A stretch of 64,000 nucleotides of DNA from a virus (taxonomy: Duplodnaviria > Caudoviricetes), in the IMG/VR virus record IMGVR_UViG_3300034073_003276, one strand, 5' to 3'. Made by a program: the position numbers and the translations under genes. Position 1 is the first letter of the stretch. Each line of letters opens with the position of its first letter. The notes beneath the pieces are model-generated. The model had not been told where the DNA came from. It ran no database searches and saw only the letters and a program-made list of their open reading frames with translations. Shown here piece by piece: positions 40,724 through 49,706 of the stretch.

Positions 40724-41438
40724 GTATAAACTTATTAATTTGGTCCCAGGTACCTAGGTCAACATAATCATCAACTTCAATAGCCTTTGACTTATATATT
40801 GGAGTATTTTTAATTTCGCCAACAAGAAGTCGGTGTTTTAATGTTGACTTTTCCATAAACTCAATACAGTTATCAAAAACTCTCTTCCTAAAGGCAAATG
40901 CAGTCCAGAAAGCATTAAATTTATTCATATCATCCTGAGGCTTATCTTCATACTCTTGAACTAAATTGTCATCATCAATATACAAAGATCCTTTAGTTTT
41001 TAACATATCACTATCAGTTTCCTTCTTAAAGAAAAAAGTAAATCCAGTTTCATTCAAACTATCACTTACAAGTTTAACAATATCTTGAGATGATTTTAAT
41101 CTTAAAAAAGTGTCGGGGAGAAGAACAAGATTCTTTTCACCAAATAAATGCTTTGCACTTTTGATCGATCCAGTGTACTCCGTTTCTGTAGGATTAAAAA
41201 ATGTAAATGAAATATTAAATCTAGACTTGTATCTACTCAAATACTTCAGTATTTCAGTTTTATTTTCATTAAGAGTGATTACAAACTCAACATCTTTGCG
41301 ACCATAATTTGAAAATAAATCGAAACTATAGTCAATAAGAGATTTATTCTTTTCAATGGAATGAACTTCTTTTGGATATGGTAAAGAAAGACGAGTTCCT
41401 TCTCCAGCACATGGAAGAATAACAGTAAGATTAGACAT
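40716..41438 (-). CDS. Sugar-phosphate nucleotidyltransferase
   Basis: VILPCAGEGTRL..PYPKE, YEDKP, DLGTWD. Likely start MSNLTV. Confidence 0.8.
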   Translation of the reverse strand: MSNLTVILPCAGEGTRLSLPYPKEVHSIEKNKSLIDYSFDLFSNYGRKDVEFVITLNENKTEILKYLSRYKSRFNISFTFFNPTETEYTGSIKSAKHLFGEKNLVLLPDTFLRLKSSQDIVKLVSDSLNETGFTFFFKKETDSDMLKTKGSLYIDDDNLVQEYEDKPQDDMNKFNAFWTAFAFRKRVFDNCIEFMEKSTLKHRLLVGEIKNTPIYKSKAIEVDDYVDLGTWDQINKFIHG

Positions 41439-42732
41439 TTTTTTTAATAATATAATTATCAATAACTTCTTCTATGTATTCTATCATAGAATCTGTAATT
41501 GTGGGAGAACATCCAACGAAAAAGACATTATCTAAAACCTTCATAGCATTTGGATAATTAAATGCAGATTCAAGGTATCTATACGCTGGATGAATTAAAA
41601 GATTACCTGCAAAATAATTTCGAGTTTGAATTTTATTTTCTTCCAAAAATTTAACTATATCAGATTTATCACCATCACAAATAATAGGAACACCAAACCA
41701 ACTTGTCTCGGCGTGTGGCAATTCATCTATGCTACGAACTCCAGGAATCTTTTCAAATATTTTTTGAATTCTTAATTTATTAAGTCTACGAATATAGTGA
41801 ATTTCATCAAACTTTTTAATCTGAACAGATCCAATTGCTCCGAGCATATCAATTGGTTTTAAATTATATCCAATATTTCCAAACACATACTTGTGGTCAA
41901 CGACTTTATCATATCCAACTAACCAATTATCAAATCTTTTACCACAAGTACCACAACTTAAAAGATTTTGAGAACCTACACAATAACAATCTCTACCCCA
42001 CCAAGCAAAACTACGAGCAATATCTACAACTTCTTTAATATTAGATGATACCATTCCACCTTCAATGGTAGTAATATGATGTGCAGGATAAAAAGAACAA
42101 GAAGCGGCAACAGCGTGATCTGTAAGATATTTTCCCCTCCACTTACTACCAAGACTATCACAATTGTCTGCTATCAAATGAAGATTATATTCATCACAAA
42201 TATTTAAAACCTTATCATAATCATAAGGATTGGCAAGAACGGGAGATGAAAATATTGCTCGTGTTTTTGAAGTAATTTTTTTACAAACTTGATCTAAATC
42301 CCAATTAAGATCTTTATAATCAATATCTACAAATACTGGTTTTAAATTATTTTGAATGATTGGATTAAGAGTTGTAGGAAACCCACAGACAGACACGATT
42401 ATTTCATCACCATCATTCCAACCAAAATATTTTTTAAGTGCAGCAATCATTATAAGATTTGCAGAACTTCCAGAATTAACCATTACTGAATGATTAAAAT
42501 TAAATTTTTTAGAAAATTCTTTTTCAAATTTATTAACTTCTTCTCCAGATGAAAGCCATTTTCCAGTTAAAAAAGTTTTAAGTGCTGCCTCAATTTCTTG
42601 ATTGTCCCAATACGGTCCAGAATAAAAGATATTACTTTCACCCTTTACATAATCGTTATTATAGAGATAAGGAAAGAAATTTTCTTGAGTATCAAATAAA
42701 TTGTCAATAAAATGTTTTACTTGTTCTTTCAT
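41431..42732 (-). CDS. rfbH: CDP-4-keto-6-deoxy-D-glucose 3-dehydrase (E1, DdhC/RfbH)
   Basis: DegT fold with SFYPAHHITT (His replacing the Schiff-base Lys) and Fe-S cysteines in DNCDSLG, GRDCYC, TCGKRF. Confidence 0.85.
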   Translation of the reverse strand: MKEQVKHFIDNLFDTQENFFPYLYNNDYVKGESNIFYSGPYWDNQEIEAALKTFLTGKWLSSGEEVNKFEKEFSKKFNFNHSVMVNSGSSANLIMIAALKKYFGWNDGDEIIVSVCGFPTTLNPIIQNNLKPVFVDIDYKDLNWDLDQVCKKITSKTRAIFSSPVLANPYDYDKVLNICDEYNLHLIADNCDSLGSKWRGKYLTDHAVAASCSFYPAHHITTIEGGMVSSNIKEVVDIARSFAWWGRDCYCVGSQNLLSCGTCGKRFDNWLVGYDKVVDHKYVFGNIGYNLKPIDMLGAIGSVQIKKFDEIHYIRRLNKLRIQKIFEKIPGVRSIDELPHAETSWFGVPIICDGDKSDIVKFLEENKIQTRNYFAGNLLIHPAYRYLESAFNYPNAMKVLDNVFFVGCSPTITDSMIEYIEEVIDNYIIKKNV

Positions 42733-42737
42733 TTTTT

Positions 42738-43580
42738 TTAGTTATCATTACATAATTTAGTTAATCCTTGCTCCAGTTTAATAAAATTAAAATTTTCAAA
42801 AGATTTAATTTTATTAATATTAAGAGTACTATTTTTTACTTGAATAAATTTTTGATTTTTTGGAAATGGGACTTCAACCAAATTACTTTGACTTTTTATC
42901 AATTCTCTTGCATTAATAATAATATCTTTAAATAAAAATGATTCTCCAGATGCAATATTATAAATCTCATTTACATGACTTTTATCAATTAAAGTATAAA
43001 TTACTCTACATATATCTTCAACAAACATATAATCCTTTAAAAATTTACCACCTTCGTAAAGATTAATATCTTGATTTTTTTTAAGGAGTTCAATCATAAA
43101 CCCAAGAACATTTTTACCTGGTGATATTGTTTTATCTAAACCGTAAACATTCCCAATTCTGAAAATTCTATACTTAATTCCGAAAGTTTCGCAAAAGGAG
43201 ATTAAGAGTTGTTCGGCACATCTTTTAGTAATTGAATAAAATCCAGTTGGATTGCAACAATCAGTTTCTTTAGCATCTATTATATCATTACCATAAACAA
43301 AACCTGAACTGATAAAATTAAAAGTTATGTCTTTGTCTTTACAGTTGTTTAAAATATCAACAAATAAACTTAAATTTGTATCAATATCAATATGCAAATT
43401 TGTAAAAATGCTTTGATTTGTTGTTGTACTTATAAAATACAAGACTTCTTGGGTTTTTGGATATTTACTTCCTCTCGGTATAATTACAACTTGGTCAGAA
43501 AACAATTTGCAAAATGTTCCTCCAATAAATCCAGTCCCACCAAACACTGATATTTTATTCATACTTTTCACAATCTTCAA
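42738..43580 (-). CDS. NAD-dependent epimerase/dehydratase (extended SDR), possible NDP-4-keto sugar reductase
   Basis: VFGGTGFIG, ISSGFVYG, YSITK (YxxxK), RIGNVYG. Confidence 0.85.
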   Translation of the reverse strand: MKIVKSMNKISVFGGTGFIGGTFCKLFSDQVVIIPRGSKYPKTQEVLYFISTTTNQSIFTNLHIDIDTNLSLFVDILNNCKDKDITFNFISSGFVYGNDIIDAKETDCCNPTGFYSITKRCAEQLLISFCETFGIKYRIFRIGNVYGLDKTISPGKNVLGFMIELLKKNQDINLYEGGKFLKDYMFVEDICRVIYTLIDKSHVNEIYNIASGESFLFKDIIINARELIKSQSNLVEVPFPKNQKFIQVKNSTLNINKIKSFENFNFIKLEQGLTKLCNDN

Positions 43581-44118
43581 AAGTAAATCCTACTTCATCT
43601 TTATTAGACAAAATTGGATTTGAAACTTTCCAATCAACATTTAAAGTTTTATCATTCCATAACAAAGTTCTTTCATGTTCAACATATTGGTAATCAGTAA
43701 CCTTATAAAGAACCTCTGCAGTGGAAGACAAAACAGAGAATCCATGAGCAAATCCAGGAGGAACCCATAGTTGATAAAGACCTGGTTTTAAATGAACACC
43801 AATCCATTTTCCAAATGTTTGAGAACTTTGGCGAAGATCCACAATCACATCATAAATTTCTCCAGATAAACATCGAACAATTTTTCCTTGAGCATGATCG
43901 ATTTGATAATGCAATCCACGTATTACATTTTTTGTAGATACTGAATGACAATCTTGGACAAATTCATACTGTCCAATAATTTTTTGAACTTCTTGAAGAT
44001 TGAAAGACTCTGTAAAAGAACCTCTATGATCTTCATACACTCTCGTTGTAAAAAGATATGCGTCTTTAAGTTCAGTTTCTATTGCGTTCATACCACTCAA
44101 TTGCTTTTTGTAATCCAT
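43555..44118 (-). CDS. rfbC: dTDP-4-dehydrorhamnose 3,5-epimerase family (RmlC)
   Basis: D.RGSF.E, QD.HSVS...VIRGLHYQ, QGKIVRC..GEIYDV.VDLR, LWVPPGFAHGF. Confidence 0.9.
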   Translation of the reverse strand: MDYKKQLSGMNAIETELKDAYLFTTRVYEDHRGSFTESFNLQEVQKIIGQYEFVQDCHSVSTKNVIRGLHYQIDHAQGKIVRCLSGEIYDVIVDLRQSSQTFGKWIGVHLKPGLYQLWVPPGFAHGFSVLSSTAEVLYKVTDYQYVEHERTLLWNDKTLNVDWKVSNPILSNKDEVGFTFEDCEKYE

Positions 44119-44166
44119 AATCTAGAGAGTTTTTACATCTCTCTTTTGGGTCATTGACTCCACCAC

Positions 44167-44400
44167 TTAGTTTTGAGAAACTAAGAAAAGTTGTATAAGT
44201 TTTGGTATTTCAATTGCAGCATAAAAACCACAAAGAACTAATATATCCCAAAACTTATATTTGAGTGCAAAAGGAACTACGAAAGCATTTCCTATACACT
44301 TTACTAATAATCCAGATTTTGGATCTCCCCATAACAGAAAAAAGTATCCTGATAAGAGGAGAATATTTCCAATGTATCGCAATACATCAGTGTTTTTCAT
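44167..44400 (-). CDS. Small membrane protein
   Basis: 77 aa with three hydrophobic stretches. Confidence 0.55.
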   Translation of the reverse strand: MKNTDVLRYIGNILLLSGYFFLLWGDPKSGLLVKCIGNAFVVPFALKYKFWDILVLCGFYAAIEIPKLIQLFLVSQN

Positions 44401-44426
44401 AAGGGGTTTGCTCCCGACCAGTGCTG

Positions 44427-44693
44427 TTATAGACCATCCGTGTCTTCGTCATCATCTTTTACATAAGCAGGGACTCTATCAGGATCTAACCAGCAGGTGT
44501 AGTCATGATCCTCCATAGCAGTCATAAGTTGCATTTCATTATCTAGAAGATACATATCCCTATATCGACCAGTGTAGGAATCTACTTTTTGGATACGATA
44601 ATCAGGTTTGCTATTAATTTCAAGAATACCAACTTGAACGTATCGATAAGGAAAACGCTCAAGAAGCACAGTGGGTTTCCTGACAACTTTCAT
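44427..44693 (-). CDS. Conserved cyanophage hypothetical protein
   Basis: LLERFPYRYVQVG...DYRIQK; coupled ORF. Confidence 0.6.
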   Translation of the reverse strand: MKVVRKPTVLLERFPYRYVQVGILEINSKPDYRIQKVDSYTGRYRDMYLLDNEMQLMTAMEDHDYTCWLDPDRVPAYVKDDDEDTDGL

Positions 44694-44908
44694 CAGGCAA
44701 CCTCAACCGCTTCAAGATCTTGTGCGATATAATCAATCAACATTTCATAATCGTCAAGGGGGTCACCAGAAAATACGACACCTTCATTTTCATAAAAGCG
44801 ACGGACCTTTTTATAAAGTTTCGGATTCTTTACATCAAGGTAGATTTCCCCGTTAGCAGCAAGACGAAGAGTGCTAACATCTTTCTTGAATTTTGTAATC
44901 AGAGACAT
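44693..44908 (-). CDS. Conserved cyanophage hypothetical protein
   Basis: 71-aa ORF downstream of an early promoter. Confidence 0.6.
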   Translation of the reverse strand: MSLITKFKKDVSTLRLAANGEIYLDVKNPKLYKKVRRFYENEGVVFSGDPLDDYEMLIDYIAQDLEAVEVA

Positions 44909-44996
44909 TGTTTTGTGCTATTTACTCAAATATTATAAGGGTTTTGAGTGTCTATGTCAAGTGGTCCAGTTTTTAAAGTGGACAACTTTGCCATAT

Positions 44997-45560
44997 TTAT
45001 CTCCATTTTGGACCTTCAAACCAAGCAGCTAGACTGTGCCGTATTCCACTTGAAACAGAATCTGCTTGATGATATGTGAAAGAAGGGAAGAATATTACTG
45101 TTCCCTGTTGTTTAATTTCAATAGGATCTGGATACTGCAAACAACCAAATAATCTCAAGTCTCCACCCTCATATTCAGATGGATCAGTCAATTGAACTAC
45201 AGCACTTAATTTTCTATGTCTTGGCGAATTATTAATCCAAAATACATCTTGATGTTTTCCATAACAACCATTATAACTTCCATCATATTCTGCTAATTGA
45301 ATATAATCTAAATTATCAATATCAAATCCAAACCATTCTTCGTTTGCTATTTTTTCCATTTCCCATAAGGCATTATAAAGTTCAGGAAAAATATCTGAAT
45401 AAATCCAAGCAATTTTACTTTTTCGATACCCTTCATTACTTGTAGATCCATCTTCTCCAAGATTTGGATCTTGAAATTGAAGATTTTTAGACCTTTCTAT
45501 AATTGATTGGCAATAATCTGGAGAAAAATACGATTTAAAATAGCACCACTCACCTTTCAT
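44997..45560 (-). CDS. 2OG-Fe(II) oxygenase (prolyl-hydroxylase-like)
   Basis: KHQD (HxD), RKLSAVVQL, YEGGDL, FFPSFTYH, R.SL..W. Confidence 0.88.
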   Translation of the reverse strand: MKGEWCYFKSYFSPDYCQSIIERSKNLQFQDPNLGEDGSTSNEGYRKSKIAWIYSDIFPELYNALWEMEKIANEEWFGFDIDNLDYIQLAEYDGSYNGCYGKHQDVFWINNSPRHRKLSAVVQLTDPSEYEGGDLRLFGCLQYPDPIEIKQQGTVIFFPSFTYHQADSVSSGIRHSLAAWFEGPKWR

Positions 45561-46669
45561 ATACTTTTTTTACTATGTATAACCATAATTCCAAGAATAG
45601 GAACGACAATAATGCCAAATCCACAGAGACCCAACCATATTGGACTTGCTGCGAGTGTCTCTACAATATGAAAAATCATCTTCCTCTCCAATTCTTGTAT
45701 TCAAAGTAAAAGTATTGGTCTACCTCATCAAGACCGCTCAGAGGGGCATCTACACCCCACTCAGACCACTCTAAACAAAACTGCCTGATATCGTGATTGT
45801 TTATGATTGAGTGCCCGTGTATTCTCACAAACGATGACATAGCAAAATGATATTTCTTACTGTGGGTAGGCATTGTGAAGTCCCCAGTTTATGAATAGAG
45901 CAATTGCCGAAAAAAGTAAAATGGCAGATATGGAAGTTTTCATTACATTCCTCCGTTTCTAAATCCGACTATGTATCCGATAATAACTCCACACATAAAT
46001 GCTATAAACATATAAAGCATATGTGAAGCAAACTCAATGAATAATAACCAGTCCGTCGTCGTAATCATCGTCCTCATAAGTAGATGGCTCTTCAAATAAT
46101 TCAATCATTTTTTGTTTCAAAACTATTTCTTGCAATTCTTGCAAATCTTCTTCTGTTAAACTTATCATTTGTCCTTTAAAAGTTCTTCTAGTCTTTTACG
46201 CATACTGGAACTTTCTTGTTTCATATAGTCTCTGAGTGAATATCCTCTTTGACCTTTCATGATACAATTTCCCTGATAAAACATAGTACCAGCAAATACT
46301 AAAAGGAAAATAATTCCTATTATTTCAGGGTAATGTCTAACCATGGGAATATGGGAGGAATAACACCTACAAGTCTTAAAAGTCCCTCAGCAAATAAAGC
46401 AAGAACAACCCAACCAACGCACATAGAAATAATGGAAGCATTCCGATTGTGCCTTCGTATAGCAGCATCAATCATCTCCTGAACTTCATACCTACTCACA
46501 AACTCATCATTTTCATGAATCATTTTTCATCTCCAAGAAACTTTGCTAAAGGGTCTCTTCGGGTCTTTACAATTTCAACTGCTCTTTTATAAAACATATT
46601 GTTTAGATTTCCAGAAGCTTCGAAAGTTTCCTTGATCTTCACCCAATTATCGTAGGTGTGTTGATCCAT
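45557..46669 (-). CDS. Array of micro-ORFs: 45557..45679, 45676..45873, 45857..45943, 45943..46068, 46034..46168, 46320..46523, 46520..46669
   Basis: Hand-translated overlapping 28-67 aa ORFs; several are single TM helices. Confidence 0.5.
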
Positions 46670-46775
46670 AGGTTTTAGGTTGAATACTACTAGTTATGCT
46701 AGTGAGTAATTCTACTGTGTCAAGTTTGTGTTGATACAAAAATATAGATTAAAAAAATATAAAATTTGTTACAAA

Positions 46776-47033
46776 TTATCTTATTTCAAAATCCAATCGT
46801 CTTACTTTTCTCTGACGACGTGCTTCTTGCCACATAATGTCTTCGTTAGTCAAAACATTATTTTTAGATTTAATATTATATGAATTTAACATAACAACTT
46901 GTGATAGATCATTTGCAGATATCTTATCACCACGAATAGTTGCCATATTATGACAACCACAAGTCACCGTTTTATTTTGATGCCCCTCTATCTCCTTTCC
47001 ACAGGAGCGGCATCTTATTCTAATGTTTTCCAT
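46776..47033 (-). CDS. Small Zn-ribbon hypothetical protein
   Basis: CRSC...CGC motif; TATAAATA upstream. Confidence 0.6.
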   Translation of the reverse strand: MENIRIRCRSCGKEIEGHQNKTVTCGCHNMATIRGDKISANDLSQVVMLNSYNIKSKNNVLTNEDIMWQEARRQRKVRRLDFEIR

Positions 47034-47074
47034 CTGTATAATCAGTTATACTTCTTCAATTTTTTTTATTTATA

Positions 47075-47146
47075 TGGGCGAAGAGGGATTCGAACCCCCG
47101 ACTGCCTCGGTGTAAACGAGGAACTCTACCACTGAGTTATTCGCCC
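47075..47146 (-). tRNA. tRNA-Val(TAC)
   Basis: Cloverleaf; anticodon arm CCTCG-TTTACAC-CGAGG; TTCGAAT T-loop. Confidence 0.92.
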
Positions 47147-47153
47147 TAAAAAG

Positions 47154-47463
47154 TCAAGATTGACTTAAAAGGTATTCTACCGTATTTGCTACATCATTCA
47201 TAGCATCACGAAGATTTTCTCTTTGACCCGATTCTTGCTTACGAATCGGTCTTGAACTATCAGTGAGAGTCCAACGCCACTGATTCATATCCTTACAATA
47301 CCACAAATTAATTTTCATTCTTCGATTGCTCTAGTTTAATCCAATTAATTAGAGCATTGATTTCCATTTTTTTCTCTTCAGTAAAATCAAATTGTTTATT
47401 GAAGAGATAAAAATCAAGTGCTTCAACAGCAAGTTTTCTATCTTTTTGGGAAATAAGAGACAT
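47154..47463 (-). CDS. Two small hypothetical ORFs (47154..47318, 54 aa; 47308..47463, 51 aa)
   Basis: Hand translation; overlapping start and stop. Confidence 0.5.
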
Positions 47464-47541
47464 AAACCTCCTAACTCGTTTCTTATTATACTAAAAAAGG
47501 GAGTTGTTGTCAACCCCCCAATTCACACTATGTAGTGATTA

Positions 47542-49011
47542 TCAGAACTTAAAGGTTGTCTGAATTACACCGCCCCAATTAGAGGAGTTGCCAACAAGAC
47601 GCTGGTTGTCACTACCGTAGATGATAGCAGGAGTGACACTGATGTTATCAGACACTTGATACTTGTAGAAAAATTCAAGCATCGTGGACTTCTCAAGGTT
47701 AGAACCAGTAGGTGCTTGACCAATAGCAACACCAGCGGAGTTGCCATCAACAAACACATCATCCCAAGTCAGACCAGCAAACCAGGATTGGCTGTTGGTA
47801 GCAGCACTCTTAGTACCACTCACGGTATTCCAACCATAACCACCAGAGATGGAGGGAACCCAACCAGATTGGGTTGGTTGCCAATATGCGTTCAGAGCAT
47901 ATCCATTGGAGGTTTGACCAGGAACCAGAGTGCCCGAAGCACCATTCAGACCATTATAGGTGCGAACACGGGTGCCTTCTGTGCCATAACGATATCCGAA
48001 AGCAGCACCCCAGTTAGTACCGCGATATCCAACTTGTGCCAAAGTATTCAGAGCACCAGAGCGATCAAACTCACCAGTCGAACTATCAGCACCGTTTTGT
48101 GCCACATAGTTTACACCAGCAACAAGACCTTTCTTACCATACTGGATACCAAAACCAGAACCAGTTGCCTTGTTATAAACACCAGGAGCACCAGCAACAG
48201 CAAAGAAGTCAAGAATACCAGACTTATATGCGGTAGGCATCCAAGCAATTTCAGTGTTACGAACCAGAGCACCAGCAGTCAGAGTTGCTTTGTTATTGAA
48301 AGCAGGGAACTGATAGTACAGACGGTCGATTACAACTTCGTTGCCACTATCACCAGTGGTGTTGTCTGCCTTATCCAGTTTGAAGATAGATGAACTGGAA
48401 CCGAAAGGATTGCTGCTGAAGTTAGCAGAACGTAGACGGGTCTTGAGAAGATCTTTACCAGTGAATGAGGTATCCAGGTTCAAACGCAGGTCATAGTTGA
48501 ATGCAGTATGAGTTACATCACCTTTCTTGGTTTGATACTTATCAACACCACCGATTACGAAGTTTGCTTCACCACGCAGTTTGGTAGTGGTAGAGAATTG
48601 GGTTGCTTCAAGTTCTGTAACTTGTGCTTCCAGACCATCTACACGACCTTTGAGAACTGCGAGTTCGGCAGCAAACTCATTAGCAAGACGCTTGAGTTCG
48701 TCAGTGACTTCAGTTACACGATCAAGGCAAGCATTCAGAAGTGCTGCTGCCTCATAGCGAGTCATAGCACGACCACCACGGAAAGTGCCGTTAGGATATC
48801 CTGCTACGCAACCATATTGCTCTACAAGATTGCTAAGTGCCTGATATGCCCAATCGGTTGGTTGGACATCGGAGAATTGAGTAACACTCGTAACCTGTTC
48901 TGAGGAAGTATATTGGTTGACTGCTGCCATATTAAGATCTGCGGCATTCGCAGCAACAGGAGCAACCATTCCCAGAGCAACAGGTGCGAGCATCAGTTGT
49001 TTGAGTTTCAT
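47542..49011 (-). CDS. Cyanobacterial outer-membrane porin (SomA/B type: signal peptide, SLH domain, OprB-like barrel)
   Basis: FSDVQPTDWAYQAL..LVE.YGCVAGYPNGTFRG.RAMTRYEAAA (SLH), QFSTTTKL.GE, C-terminal TTFKF. Confidence 0.92.
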   Translation of the reverse strand: MKLKQLMLAPVALGMVAPVAANAADLNMAAVNQYTSSEQVTSVTQFSDVQPTDWAYQALSNLVEQYGCVAGYPNGTFRGGRAMTRYEAAALLNACLDRVTEVTDELKRLANEFAAELAVLKGRVDGLEAQVTELEATQFSTTTKLRGEANFVIGGVDKYQTKKGDVTHTAFNYDLRLNLDTSFTGKDLLKTRLRSANFSSNPFGSSSSIFKLDKADNTTGDSGNEVVIDRLYYQFPAFNNKATLTAGALVRNTEIAWMPTAYKSGILDFFAVAGAPGVYNKATGSGFGIQYGKKGLVAGVNYVAQNGADSSTGEFDRSGALNTLAQVGYRGTNWGAAFGYRYGTEGTRVRTYNGLNGASGTLVPGQTSNGYALNAYWQPTQSGWVPSISGGYGWNTVSGTKSAATNSQSWFAGLTWDDVFVDGNSAGVAIGQAPTGSNLEKSTMLEFFYKYQVSDNISVTPAIIYGSDNQRLVGNSSNWGGVIQTTFKF

Positions 49012-49071
49012 ATAGTTTGTTAAGAATTACAACTACAAGGTTTATTTAGACGCTCCAGGAATTATGGAGCA

Positions 49072-49143
49072 AGCGGAATAGGGGATTCGAACCCCTGACG
49101 TTCAGCTTGGAAGGCTGACATTCTACCACTGAATTAATTCCGC
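49072..49143 (-). tRNA. tRNA-Gly(TCC)
   Basis: Anticodon arm TCAGC-CTTCCAA-GCTGA. Confidence 0.92.
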
Positions 49144-49190
49144 AAGTGTGGGAGATTGCTCTCCCAACGCACTTCCTTCGCACAAGAGGA

Positions 49191-49219
49191 AATATAAGAC
49201 AAATATTATGATTTGTCAA
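49191..49219 (-). promoter_or_regulatory. Sigma70-type promoter upstream of tRNA-Gly and the porin
   Basis: TTGACA-17 nt-TATATT. Confidence 0.65.
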
Positions 49220-49291
49220 GCCCCCGACAAGATTTGAACTTGCGACAACCGCTTTACAAAAGCGGTGCTCTACCAACTGAGCTACAAGGGC
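49219..49291 (-). tRNA. tRNA-Thr(TGT)
   Basis: Anticodon arm CCGCT-TTTGTAA-AGCGG. Confidence 0.92.
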
Positions 49292-49445
49292 GAAAGGTGA
49301 TGAGTGCCCATCACCCGCAGAAGACACTTTCTGCGATTTTCACTGCATTAGAGGGCAGTGAATAAGAGAAGTAAGTCTCTGGCGAAGAATCGCCGTGAGC
49401 GTCATACTTCAATTTGAAAGAATCGGACATTTCCAACCCTTTCAA
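49292..49445 (-). ncRNA. Putative structured non-coding RNA (six hairpins, complementary loops); family not recognised
   Basis: Six near-perfect hairpins fill the Asn-Thr spacer; G-U pairs work only on the minus strand. Confidence 0.7.
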
Positions 49446-49518
49446 CTCCCCCACCTGGACTCGAACCAGGAACCCCAGAGTTAACAGCTCCGTGCTCTGC
49501 CAATTGAGCTATAAGGGA
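49446..49518 (-). tRNA. tRNA-Asn(GTT)
   Basis: Anticodon arm CGGAG-CTGTTAA-CTCTG. Confidence 0.92.
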
Positions 49519-49544
49519 ATGGTTTGGAGAATAAAATCTCCAAG

Positions 49545-49618
49545 TCGGGATGACAGGATTCGAACCTGCGACTTCTCGCTCCCAAAGCGAGTGCTCTACC
49601 AAACTGAGCTACATCCCG
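49545..49618 (-). tRNA. tRNA-Pro(TGG)
   Basis: Anticodon arm CTCGC-TTTGGGA-GCGAG. Confidence 0.92.
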
Positions 49619-49706
49619 TGGCGGAGAAGGTGAGATTCGAACTCACGGAGGCTTGCACCTCGTCGGTTTTCAAGACCGATGCCATCAACCACTCGACCAC
49701 TTCTCC
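49619..49706 (-). tRNA. tRNA-Ser(TGA), CCA encoded
   Basis: Anticodon arm TCGGT-CTTGAAA-ACCGA; long variable arm. Confidence 0.92.

Noticed and set aside
44997-45560. Prolyl 4-hydroxylase acting on the collagen fibre
   Set aside because: Collagen P4Hs modify Y-position Pro, but here Pro is in X and Y is Gln; such oxygenases are widespread in cyanophages irrespective of collagen.
47656-48903. Long antisense ORFs opposite the porin
   Set aside because: Explained by host-like codon bias on the real strand; no recognisable protein features.
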